From the NCBI GenBank assembly GCA_045863295.1, contig BTWA01000030.1:1-64000 (forward strand): a DNA stretch of 64,000 bases, given 5' to 3'. This document shows positions 40,927 to 50,128 of the stretch, one piece after another. A model generated the notes under the pieces. The model did no database searches, was not told where the DNA came from, and worked only from the letters and a program-made list of their open reading frames with translations. Origin of the DNA: Candidatus Hydrogenedentota bacterium (GTDB lineage Bacteria > Hydrogenedentota > Hydrogenedentia > Hydrogenedentales > SLHB01). How positions within the stretch are numbered: position 1 is the stretch's first letter; the number at the start of each line of letters is the position of its first letter. Position numbers and translations under genes: made by a program.

Positions 40927-41555
40927 TCCGCCGCCTCCGGCTGCACCCTTCGGTCTTCGATGTCGGCAATCATCGTCTTCAGATCGATCCCTTTCAGCTT
41001 GCGATGGAAACTCTCACGCAAAACTTCAAATTCGGATCGAAGCAGACCATATCCGTACATCTCGAACATTTGTCCATCCCGGGCCACGTGATCGGGTAAC
41101 ACCAATTCGCGTTTTGCCCCGGAGAGTTCGAAGTTTCGCCACGAACGGCTATTGAAGCCGTAAATGTAGATGTTGATGCGATGCATGTTCAGAATGTGGA
41201 AACAGTATTCAAGAACACGGTAAAACGAGATCGTTGCCAGCATACCGTTCCGCTTGGACTCGATAATGTACGAGTCGATATTGCAAGAACGGTTGCGCCA
41301 ACTGATATTGACTACACTGAAGAGTCCAAACGGCCCGTACTTGTTGGAATCCGCCACGAAATAGATCGTAGGGGGCATGGAATGCGGCGCGGAGCGGCCA
41401 AGCATGCCGACGATTTGTTCGCGCACTTGGCGCGGCGAGCGCGCGGGATCCCCGTACAGAAAGCGTTGAAATGCGGGGTCCTGCATCCACGAGACCACCG
41501 TTTCCAAATCGTCGCGGTCCGCGCGACGTATAAACACACTAGACTTAAGCGCCAT
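40923..41555 (-). CDS. RimJ/RimL-type GNAT
   Basis: IRRADRDDLE, ISWRNR, YCFHILNMHRI, FNSRS, GAKRE, MYGYGLLRSEF. Confidence 0.85.
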   Translation of the reverse strand: MALKSSVFIRRADRDDLETVVSWMQDPAFQRFLYGDPARSPRQVREQIVGMLGRSAPHSMPPTIYFVADSNKYGPFGLFSVVNISWRNRSCNIDSYIIESKRNGMLATISFYRVLEYCFHILNMHRINIYIYGFNSRSWRNFELSGAKRELVLPDHVARDGQMFEMYGYGLLRSEFEVLRESFHRKLKGIDLKTMIADIEDRRVQPEAAE

Positions 41556-41557
41556 GA

Positions 41558-42103
41558 TCAGGCCTCCGCCGCGGCGGGTGCGGCAAGGCGATCGTATTCC
41601 GGCCGCAACATGCCGAATCCGAGCAAATCCGCGGCCTTGCCGTTTTGCAGCAGATGTCCCCGGTACGTCACTTCTCGCTTAGCACCCATTCTAGCGAGCG
41701 CGGAAAGAGCGGTTGTGTCGGAGGCGGCCACACGCGTGGACACTCGATGAAGATTGAGTTCGTCGAAGCAATACCGGAGTAGACCCAGCCAACCATCAAA
41801 CACAATATCTTCCGTGCGATGCGCGGGAATCACGTAGAGACTGGAGGCGCATTGACGATTGCGCCACTGCATTTCGTAGATGGCGGCGAGGCCCACCGGC
41901 TGGTCTTTGTCGTCAGTCAGCATAAAAAATCCGATGCCGGCATTCTGCGAATTCAGGGCACCACCCAGCAGTGCTATCGCCTGCGCACCGTGCTGACGCC
42001 AGGACCGCCGGCTGTCACCAAAGACAAACTCGCGGAACACGGGGTCCTCGGCCCATTCGAGGACATAGTCGAGGTCGGCCCGCTCAAGACGTCGCAAGCG
42101 CAC
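41558..42103 (-). CDS. RimJ/RimL-type GNAT
   Basis: LRRLERADL, QWRNR, YCFDELNLHRV, GAKRE, FGMLRPEY. Confidence 0.85.
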   Translation of the reverse strand: MRLRRLERADLDYVLEWAEDPVFREFVFGDSRRSWRQHGAQAIALLGGALNSQNAGIGFFMLTDDKDQPVGLAAIYEMQWRNRQCASSLYVIPAHRTEDIVFDGWLGLLRYCFDELNLHRVSTRVAASDTTALSALARMGAKREVTYRGHLLQNGKAADLLGFGMLRPEYDRLAAPAAAEA

Positions 42104-42656
42104 TGTATCGTTCCTTGTAGGCTTCCAAATGTTGGCAGCGGGATCGGGGCAGCGAATGCGATTCGAGATCGTAGTAGCGGCCGTGAGTATAGATCATGTC
42201 CCGTTGAATACCATCGCACACGAAACCGTGACGCACGAGAAACGCGCGGTACAATTCCTCTGTGGTCAGGCAACTGGTTTGAATCTTGTTGAGTTTCTTC
42301 TCGACAAACGTGCCGTATGCGATGAAACCAAATACTTCGTCGGCGAGGGGCTGGCCGTAATCGGACTCATCGGCCATGGCGAGCATCATTTCCGCGAACG
42401 CGGATTCCATCTTGGCGCTACGCATCACGAAACAACCCCGAATATCCCCTTGCAGATTCTCAACGACAAAGAAGACGCCGGAAAGAAAGTCTTTCCGGCC
42501 AAGCATTTCGCGCAATTCGTCCAATGTGGGGATGTAGATTTCCCGCGAAGGACCGATCAGGAATGAACGAGGCGATGACATATCGTACAACTGCCACAGG
42601 GCGTACGCGTCATCGGGTTCGCTCGAACGGATTATGCCGTGTTCCAATGCAATCAT
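42084..42656 (-). CDS. RimJ/RimL-type GNAT
   Basis: IRSSEPDD, FVEKKLNKI, GFVCDGIQRD, GRYYDL. Confidence 0.8.
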   Translation of the reverse strand: MIALEHGIIRSSEPDDAYALWQLYDMSSPRSFLIGPSREIYIPTLDELREMLGRKDFLSGVFFVVENLQGDIRGCFVMRSAKMESAFAEMMLAMADESDYGQPLADEVFGFIAYGTFVEKKLNKIQTSCLTTEELYRAFLVRHGFVCDGIQRDMIYTHGRYYDLESHSLPRSRCQHLEAYKERYSALATS

Positions 42657-42832
42657 GATGCGTCAAATTCTATCGGTAATGGGTTGCCACAGACGGAAAA
42701 GCCGATTGAATCGCTGCCATGGGTCTGTTCCAACAATTATGCCCGAATCGAGTTGGCCAACACTACCCCGTGGGTGGCGTGCGCCTTCCAATCGGATGCA
42801 ATGTCGCTTTTCCTCCGGCACTCGCCGCATTC

Positions 42833-42862
42833 AAAAAAAAGCGGGGTTGAAGCCAACCCCGC
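42833..42862 (-). terminator. Strong intrinsic terminator between the peptide genes and the maturation genes
   Basis: Minus strand GCGGGGTTG-GCTT-CAACCCCGC-TTTTTTTT (perfect 9-bp stem, T8). Confidence 0.92.
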
Positions 42863-42894
42863 GAAACGTCCCGTATGCAAACAGCGCCGTGCGG

Positions 42895-43107
42895 CTAAAA
42901 GAACAAACGCTCTTCGTCGTCTCCACCCGTGTCACCGCCGCCGTCTCCCCCGTCATCCGGGGGATCGACGATCCCGCCGCCACCAATGATAAAGTTCTTC
43001 TTGCCGAAAACAACGTCGTAGTAGCCATTCAGGACGGCATTTACAAAATCGATGGCGGCCGTGGCTTCCAGGATCTTCGTTTTCGTTAGTTTGCGCACGT
43101 GCTTCAT
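42895..43107 (-). CDS. Putative precursor peptide C (70 aa)
   Basis: MKHVRKLTKTKILEA-TAAIDFVNAVLNGYYDVVFGKKN...Gly/Asp tail; SD GGAG; colinear with the neighbouring peptide. Confidence 0.8.
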   Translation of the reverse strand: MKHVRKLTKTKILEATAAIDFVNAVLNGYYDVVFGKKNFIIGGGGIVDPPDDGGDGGGDTGGDDEERLFF

Positions 43108-43156
43108 GGACGATCTCCAGACCGACCCGGCCGCGCCGGATCCGTCAGCACCCAGC

Positions 43157-43294
43157 CTATCCCTTCAGGCCACCGATGGAGTTCTTCGTGGAAAACAGGA
43201 AGTTCAACCATGCGTTCCAGAACGTATTCAAAAAGTCATCATACGAAGCGGCCTGACGTATCCGCGCTGCGGAAATGTTTCGCACATGTCGCAT
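43157..43294 (-). CDS. Putative precursor peptide B (45 aa, not in ORF track)
   Basis: Manual translation MRHVRNISAARIRQAASYDDFLNTFWNAWLNFLFSTKNSIGGLKG*; SD GGAGGA 6 nt before ATG; 16/45 ungapped identities to peptide C. Confidence 0.85.
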   Translation of the reverse strand: MRHVRNISAARIRQAASYDDFLNTFWNAWLNFLFSTKNSIGGLKG

Positions 43295-43392
43295 GAACAC
43301 TCCTCCATGTAGTTCGTGAAATGGCGCTGACTACGGCAGCGTCATCACGGGTATCAGCGGTAATTCATAACCCCAACACGGCCGTATCGGCG

Positions 43393-43614
43393 TCAGGTAT
43401 TCTCTTCCGGATTCTTCTCTTCGCTATACGCCGTGAGCGCGGCCAAGAACCCCTGCAAGCCAGTCACCGAGGCAGTGAAGATGGCGCTAAACGCAGTGAC
43501 GAATACGGTTACAACGTCAAAACCCAGCGTCAATATGGAGATTAGTACCTCCAGATTGGTCTGATCGGCCTCGGCACGTAACGGTTGCTTGGAAATCATG
43601 GTCAGGTGTTTCAA
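43393..43614 (-). CDS. Putative precursor peptide A (73 aa)
   Basis: TTG start after SD GGGAGA; MKHLTMISKQPLRAEA leader, long hydrophobic Ser/Thr-rich core, EEKN near the C-terminus. Confidence 0.78.
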   Translation of the reverse strand: MKHLTMISKQPLRAEADQTNLEVLISILTLGFDVVTVFVTAFSAIFTASVTGLQGFLAALTAYSEEKNPEENT

Positions 43615-43823
43615 GGTGATTCTCCCGAAATACTGTCTTCTACCCTGTTGTAGAGCCCACCAGAATGTGAACCCCTCAACAGCTCAAAAGTTCCGCCACA
43701 ACGCTGCACCAAGGACATCGCCCTGCGTGTGATCCACGTCCAGCAACGTTACAGCGGATTCTGCGGATGGTGCGTCAATAATTTACACCCACGCAGAGAA
43801 CCGAGACCAACACGCGTTCGACG

Positions 43824-43852
43824 AGTCTAGCACCAAACCATCCCGTTATCAA
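43824..43852 (-). promoter_or_regulatory. Candidate sigma70 promoter of the peptide genes
   Basis: TTGATA-17 nt-TAGACT with extended -10 TG. Confidence 0.55.
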
Positions 43853-44025
43853 TGACATCAAATGCTTAACCGGGAATGGGTTAGCCCCCCGAAGAACTCC
43901 CGTACTATAGGGTCCCGCCTTATCCTACCGCAACGGACGTAAGCCGTTACGGTCTCGAAACGGGTACTACTGACGAGAAACACTTTACATCAACCCGGCA
44001 ACGCGGTGCACACAAAGGAAGTCCC

Positions 44026-45531
44026 TTAACGGACACCGGCAACTTCCACACTGTCGTACCCAAAGGATTGGGCGCTCGGAAGGTCCGAATGGCCCATCAG
44101 CCGAATATCAATGGCACGTGCGGCCTCACGGCCTTCGTGAATGGCCCAGACCACCAGCGACTGTCCGCGGCGCGCGTCGCCTGCCGCAAAGACATTGGGC
44201 TTGCTTGTGCTGTACTGGCCGTATTCGGCTTTCACATTTCCACGTGGATCTAATTCCAGCCCAAGTTGTTTGGGCAAAACATGTTCGGGATGAACAAAGC
44301 CCATGGCCAAGAGCACCAGTTCACACTCAATCTCGAACTCGCTGCCAGCCACTTCCTTCATTTGCATCCGGCCCGAATCGTCTTTCACCCATTCGACACG
44401 GACCGCCTGGATAGCGCGCAATTTCCCGTTGCCGTCTCCCAGGAACTCCTTAGTAAGCACGCTGAAATCGCGGTCGCCCCCTTCTTCGTGGCTCGAAGAC
44501 GTACGATAAATAACGGGCCACAGGGGCCAAGGGGTTGACGGATTCTCGCCCTCGGGCGGACGAGGCAACAACTCCAACGACCACACGTGCTTCGCCCCCT
44601 GCCGCAGACTGGTGCCGAGGCAGTCGGAACCCGTGTCGCCGCCACCGAGAATTACCACGGTTTTGCCATTGGCCAAAATCGCGTTTTCTACGACTTCCTT
44701 TCCCGAAACCCTACGGTTTTGCTGGGTCAGAAAATCCATGGCGAAGTGTACGCCGTCCAGTTCACGTCCGGGGATCGGGAGATCCCGGGGTTGGGTCGAC
44801 CCTGTGGTCAACAGAATGGCGTCAAATTCTTTCTCCAACTCAGCGGCGGTGACGTCTTTGCCCACTTCCACGCCGCACCGGAAAATGACGCCTTCAGCGG
44901 CCATCTGCTTCAGCCGCCGGCGCACGACGTCCTTGTTCAGCTTGAAATCCGGAATACCGTACATCAGCAAGCCACCAGCCTCATCCGCGCGCTCGAAAAG
45001 GGTGACTGTATGGCCAGCCCGGTTCAGTTGTTGCGCGGCGGCCAACCCAGCCGGACCGGACCCAATTACCGCGACTTTCTTTCCGGTCCGGACTTCCGGC
45101 AACTCGGGATTGATCCAGCCTTCCGCGAAGCCGCGGTCGGCGATGGAACGTTCGTTCAGTTTGATGGTGACGGGCGGATCCGTGATTCCCAGCACGCACG
45201 ATGCCTCGCACGGCGCTGGGCACACTCGACCAGTAAACTCCGGGAAGTTATTGGTGGAAAGCAACGTATCCAAGGCGCGTTTCCAATCCAAATCCTTCAC
45301 ACCGTCGTTGAAATCGGGAATGATGTTCCCCAGGGGGCAGCCGGACATGCAAAACGGGATGCCGCAATTCATGCAGCGGTACCCCTGCTCCTTCATTTTC
45401 GAATCATCGAAATCCTGGAGGAACTCGTCCCAATGCTTTGTGCGCTCTTCTACAGGCCGGTACGACGGCGTTTCCCGCTTGTATACCATGAACCCTTTTT
45501 CTTTCGAGGGTCCATTGTTATTTGACGGCAT
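44026..45531 (-). CDS. gltD: Glutamate synthase small subunit
   Basis: RCMNCGIPFC, NNFPEFTGRVCPAPCE, IGSGPAG, GQSLVVWAI. Confidence 0.96.
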   Translation of the reverse strand: MPSNNNGPSKEKGFMVYKRETPSYRPVEERTKHWDEFLQDFDDSKMKEQGYRCMNCGIPFCMSGCPLGNIIPDFNDGVKDLDWKRALDTLLSTNNFPEFTGRVCPAPCEASCVLGITDPPVTIKLNERSIADRGFAEGWINPELPEVRTGKKVAVIGSGPAGLAAAQQLNRAGHTVTLFERADEAGGLLMYGIPDFKLNKDVVRRRLKQMAAEGVIFRCGVEVGKDVTAAELEKEFDAILLTTGSTQPRDLPIPGRELDGVHFAMDFLTQQNRRVSGKEVVENAILANGKTVVILGGGDTGSDCLGTSLRQGAKHVWSLELLPRPPEGENPSTPWPLWPVIYRTSSSHEEGGDRDFSVLTKEFLGDGNGKLRAIQAVRVEWVKDDSGRMQMKEVAGSEFEIECELVLLAMGFVHPEHVLPKQLGLELDPRGNVKAEYGQYSTSKPNVFAAGDARRGQSLVVWAIHEGREAARAIDIRLMGHSDLPSAQSFGYDSVEVAGVR

Positions 45532-48500
45532 GCTGAACCTCCTGAGCGACGGCCTTGCCATTGTCTCCACCGGCTTGCCGTTCCATTTCACGCAACACCC
45601 GCGCGTAATCGCGCGGCATCACCCGGACAAAGTGCTGAGACTCAGAAGTCCAGTTGTCGAGGATCCGCTTCGCCACGGTGCTGCCGGTGTACTGAACATG
45701 CCGATCCAGCATGTACTTCAAATCGTTCAGACTCTTTTCGTTCATCGGCTTCAAGTCAACAGACTCTTGATTGCACAGAATGGGAAAGGAACCGTTTGGG
45801 TCGTACACGAACGCAATGCCACCGCTCATGCCTGCCGCGAAGTTCCGCCCGGTCGGCCCAAGAATGGCCGCACGGCCGCCAGTCATGTACTCGCACCCAT
45901 GATCGCCCACGCCTTCGACAACCGCCCAGGCGCCGCTGTTGCGCACGCAGAAGCGCTCGCCGCCAATGCCGCGAAAATACGCTTCTCCGCCCGTGGCGCC
46001 GTATAGGGCCACATTGCCTACCACGATGTTCTGCTCGGGTGTCATGGGGCACTCGGCCGGCGGTGTCACAATAATCTTGCCGCCGGAAAGTCCCTTGCCG
46101 CAGTAGTCGTTGGCTTCGCCGGTCACGTTCAAAGTCACGCCTTTGATCGAAAACGCGCCAAAGCTTTGGCCCGCCTGACCTGTGCAATCGATCCACACGG
46201 TGTCTTCAGGCAAAGTGCCGGTTTCGAGACCGACCTTGTGAACGCGCGTCAATTCACTGGAAAGCATCGTTCCGACGGTACGGTTGATGTTCTTTATTTC
46301 CGTCGAAAACCGTACCTTTTCAACTTGGTCGAAAGATGCAGCTGGTTTGAGCGCCGCGCTTGCACGCACAAGAAGGTCGTTGTCCAACGCCTTCTCCAGT
46401 CCGTGATCCTGGGTCTGGCTGTGATAAAGCGTCTCCCCTTTCCACGGCGTCTCCACATGAAGCAGGCGGGTAAGGTCGAGCTTCTTTGCCTTCCAGTGAT
46501 CCGGCAGGGGGTCGTATTCGAGCCGGTCGGTGCGGCCGATCATTTCATTAACGGTGCGGAAACCGAGTTCCGCCATGATGGCCCGCACTTCCTCGGCAAT
46601 GAAGAAACACAAATTCACAACGTACTCGGGCTTGCCCGCGAATTTCTTGCGCAGTTCCGCATCTTGTGTCGCAATGCCGACCGGGCAGGTGTTCAAATGA
46701 CACTTGCGCATCATGATACACCCCGTCGCAATGAGCGGCAATGTCGCCATGCCCACTTCGTCGGCGCCCAGCAGGAACGCAATGGCCACATCGCGGCCGG
46801 TCTTAATCTGGCCGTCCGTTTGTACGCGAATTCGGCTTCGCAAATTGTTGGACACCAGAACCTGGTGGGTCTCGGAGAGGCCCAACTCCCACGGCAGACC
46901 CGCATGCTTGATCGAACTCAGGGGCGACGCGCCGGTTCCACCATTGTCGCCGCTGACAAGTACCAAATCGGACTTGCCCTTGGCCACGCCCGCGGCGACC
47001 GTACCCACACCCACTTCCGACACGAGCTTCACCGAGATGTTCGCGTACTTGTTCGCGTTCTTCAGATCATGAATGAGTTGCGCCAAGTCTTCGATCGAAT
47101 AGATGTCGTGATGCGGCGGAGGCGAAATCAATTCCACGCCGGGCGTGGAATAGCGAATGCGCGCAATCTCCGGGAACACTTTGTGCCCCGGCAATTCGCC
47201 GCCTTCACCGGGCTTCGCACCCTGCGCCATTTTGATTTGGAGTTCGTCCGCATTGACAAGGTATTCGTTGGTCACGCCAAAGCGGCCGGAGGCCACTTGC
47301 TTAATCGCGCTGCGACGCAGATCGCCATTGCCATCCGCCACGAATCGTTTTGGATCTTCGCCGCCTTCGCCGGTGTTGCTTCGGCCGCCGATACGGTTCA
47401 TCGCAATCGCCAGCGTTTCGTGCGCTTCCTTGCTGATCGAACCAAACGACATGGCCCCCGTGCAGAACCGCTTCACGATTTCTTTCGCGGATTCCACTTC
47501 CTCGATAGGAACCGGGGTGCCTTTCTTGAACTTCAACAACGAACGCAGCGCGGCCAACGACCGGTTGCGATCATTGATGAGGGCGCTGAACTCCCGGAAT
47601 TTCTCCTGGCTATTCGCGCGCACGGCATGTTGCACCCGCGACACGGTGTCGGGGTTGTACATGTGAAATTCGCCGCGCCGGCGCCAGCGGTATACACCGC
47701 CCGGATCCAACTCGCGGGGCCGTGCATGCGCCTTCGGATACGCAATGGAATGACGCATGAGCGTCTCGCGGCACACGTCCTCCATCTCGATTCCGCCAAT
47801 GCGCGAAGCTGTACCCGCAAAGCATCGGTCAATCAGGATTGGGCCGAGGCCCAGGGCTTCGAAGATTTGCGCGCTTCGGTAGCTGTGCTGCGTCGAGATG
47901 CCGATCTTTGACATCGTCTTCAGCATGCCCGCTTCAACCGCGTGAATGAAATTCGCGACGGCTTGCCCCGGTTCCTTTTCCACCAGGATTTCCCGTTGGA
48001 GTTGGTCCTCGATCGTGGCGAAGGCGAGGTATGGATTCACCGCGCCCGCGCCGTATCCCGTCAAGAGGCAGAAGTGCATAACTTCGCGGGGCTCGCCGGA
48101 TTCCACCACGATACCGCAATGGCTGCGAAGCCCTTTGCGCACCAGGTGATGGTGCACACCGCCCGTCGCGAGCAAGCTCGGAATCGCGGCATTCTTTTCA
48201 CCCACACCGCGATCGGACAGCAGAAGGAGCGTGTACCCCGCTTGGGTAGCGGCTTCCGCCTCATTGCAAATGCGATCGAGGTGTCTCTCAAGCGCGCCAA
48301 AGCCCTCTTCCGCAGGAAACAGCGTCGAAATGACTTTCGTCTTCAGACCTGGCTTGTCCAAGTGCTTGATATAGTCGAGTTGCTCGTTCGTGATGATGGG
48401 CGACTTCAAATGAAGCTGTTGGCAGTCTTCCGGAGTCGCATCGAGCAGATTCTTCTCGCGGCCGATATCGGTTTCCAGCGACATGACGATTTCTTCGCGG

Positions 48501-50128
48501 ATCGGATCGATCGGCGGGTTCGTCACTTGCGCAAACAACTGCTTGAAGTAATTGAACAGCAATTGCGGGCGATTCGAGAGCACGGCCAGCGGCGCGTCAT
48601 TTCCCATCGATCCGAGCGGCTGCTTGCCTTTCTCGGCCATGGGATTGATGATGATCTCGATGTCTTCCAACGTGTAGCCGAATACCTGCTGTTGTTCGAG
48701 CAACGGCGCTTCGGCAACGGCGGCCTTGCCATTCGACGGCGGACACGACGCCGGCAGCACATGGCGGTGCAAATCCAGCCACGCACGGTAGGGTTTGGCC
48801 TTGCCGTACTTTTCCTTCAATTCCTCATCATTGACGATCCGCTTTTCTTCGGTGTCGATGAGGAACATGCGGCCCGGTTCAAGCCGGCCCTTCTTGATAA
48901 TTTTTTCCTGCGGCACATTAAGCACGCCGACTTCGGAGGCCATCACCACAAAGTTGTCGTTCGTGACCCAATAGCGCGACGGCCGCAGGCCATTGCGATC
49001 GAGCAACGCGCCGATCTGCACACCGTTGGTAAACGCAACCGACGCGGGCCCGTCCCACGGTTCCATTTTGCAGGCGTGATATTCATAGAACGCCTTGCGC
49101 CAATCCGGCATTTGGGGATTGCCGCTCCACGGCTCAGGCACCAGCATCATCATGGCATGGGCTGCGTCACGGCCGCCCAGCATGAGCAACTCAAAGGTAG
49201 AGTCGAATATCGCGGAGTCGCTGTCGCCTTCCTTGTGAATAGGCGCCAGCTTTGCGATATCGGCGCCAAACAGGCTGCTGGCGAGATCCGTTTCGCGCGA
49301 CCGCATCATATTCATATTTCCGCGCAACGTATTGATTTCGCCGTTGTGCGCGAGATAGCGGAACGGGTGGGCCAACGGCCACGACGGAAACGTATTCGTG
49401 CTGTACCGCTGGTGCACCAGCGCCAGGGCGCTTTCCGTGTCCGGATTCTTCAGATCCTGATAGTAGCTGCCCATCTGCGCGGCGAGCATCAGTCCCTTGT
49501 AAACTACCGTGCGCGAGGACATGCTCGGTGAATAAAACTGCGCGCGCGAGGGAATATCGGAGGTATAAATCTTTTTCTCGGCAACCTTACGGATGACATA
49601 CAGCTTGCGTTCGAACGCATCCTGATCCAGGCCTGCTGCCCGCTGGATGAAGACCTGCTGCATGACCGGCTCATTCTGGCGTGCAAGCGATCCAATCTTG
49701 CTCGAATCGCGCGGCACGTCGCGCCAGCCCAATACGGTCTGTCCCTCGGCTTTTACAGCTTCCTCGACAATGGCAATACACCGTTTGCGATCCGCGTCGT
49801 TGTGCGGCAGGAAAATCATACCCGCCGCATACGCGCCCTGATCCGGCAACGTGAATTTCAGCCGTTCCGCCTCCTTCTGGAAGAGTTTATGCGGCGTCTG
49901 AATCAGAATGCCGGCGCCATCGCCCGTTTCCGGGTCGCAACCGCATGCGCCGCGGTGTTCCAGATTCTCCAGCACGTGGATGGCCTGGGCCAGAATGTCG
50001 TGGGTAACGCGGCCGTCAATGTTCGCCACAAACCCGACGCCACACGCGTCGTGCTCGGTAAACGGCTCGTACAGCCCGTCTGTGGATGGTTTCCGTGGAT
50101 ACAAGGTTTTACGCCCACCTTTCTTCAT
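45518..50128 (-). CDS. gltB: Glutamate synthase large subunit
   Basis: HDACGVGF, HQRYSTNT, AHNGEINT, GAMSFGSIS, CIMMRKCHLNTCPVG; exact start uncertain. Confidence 0.97.
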   Translation of the reverse strand: MKKGGRKTLYPRKPSTDGLYEPFTEHDACGVGFVANIDGRVTHDILAQAIHVLENLEHRGACGCDPETGDGAGILIQTPHKLFQKEAERLKFTLPDQGAYAAGMIFLPHNDADRKRCIAIVEEAVKAEGQTVLGWRDVPRDSSKIGSLARQNEPVMQQVFIQRAAGLDQDAFERKLYVIRKVAEKKIYTSDIPSRAQFYSPSMSSRTVVYKGLMLAAQMGSYYQDLKNPDTESALALVHQRYSTNTFPSWPLAHPFRYLAHNGEINTLRGNMNMMRSRETDLASSLFGADIAKLAPIHKEGDSDSAIFDSTFELLMLGGRDAAHAMMMLVPEPWSGNPQMPDWRKAFYEYHACKMEPWDGPASVAFTNGVQIGALLDRNGLRPSRYWVTNDNFVVMASEVGVLNVPQEKIIKKGRLEPGRMFLIDTEEKRIVNDEELKEKYGKAKPYRAWLDLHRHVLPASCPPSNGKAAVAEAPLLEQQQVFGYTLEDIEIIINPMAEKGKQPLGSMGNDAPLAVLSNRPQLLFNYFKQLFAQVTNPPIDPIREEIVMSLETDIGREKNLLDATPEDCQQLHLKSPIITNEQLDYIKHLDKPGLKTKVISTLFPAEEGFGALERHLDRICNEAEAATQAGYTLLLLSDRGVGEKNAAIPSLLATGGVHHHLVRKGLRSHCGIVVESGEPREVMHFCLLTGYGAGAVNPYLAFATIEDQLQREILVEKEPGQAVANFIHAVEAGMLKTMSKIGISTQHSYRSAQIFEALGLGPILIDRCFAGTASRIGGIEMEDVCRETLMRHSIAYPKAHARPRELDPGGVYRWRRRGEFHMYNPDTVSRVQHAVRANSQEKFREFSALINDRNRSLAALRSLLKFKKGTPVPIEEVESAKEIVKRFCTGAMSFGSISKEAHETLAIAMNRIGGRSNTGEGGEDPKRFVADGNGDLRRSAIKQVASGRFGVTNEYLVNADELQIKMAQGAKPGEGGELPGHKVFPEIARIRYSTPGVELISPPPHHDIYSIEDLAQLIHDLKNANKYANISVKLVSEVGVGTVAAGVAKGKSDLVLVSGDNGGTGASPLSSIKHAGLPWELGLSETHQVLVSNNLRSRIRVQTDGQIKTGRDVAIAFLLGADEVGMATLPLIATGCIMMRKCHLNTCPVGIATQDAELRKKFAGKPEYVVNLCFFIAEEVRAIMAELGFRTVNEMIGRTDRLEYDPLPDHWKAKKLDLTRLLHVETPWKGETLYHSQTQDHGLEKALDNDLLVRASAALKPAASFDQVEKVRFSTEIKNINRTVGTMLSSELTRVHKVGLETGTLPEDTVWIDCTGQAGQSFGAFSIKGVTLNVTGEANDYCGKGLSGGKIIVTPPAECPMTPEQNIVVGNVALYGATGGEAYFRGIGGERFCVRNSGAWAVVEGVGDHGCEYMTGGRAAILGPTGRNFAAGMSGGIAFVYDPNGSFPILCNQESVDLKPMNEKSLNDLKYMLDRHVQYTGSTVAKRILDNWTSESQHFVRVMPRDYARVLREMERQAGGDNGKAVAQEVQHAVK

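Noticed and set aside
42831..43545. Plus-strand and alternative-frame small ORFs across the peptide region
   Set aside because: They lack clear SDs and mutual similarity; the three minus-strand frames have both.
43615..44025. Additional precursor peptides upstream of peptide A
   Set aside because: Reading the minus strand by hand showed no further SD-led MKH/MRH-type ORF.
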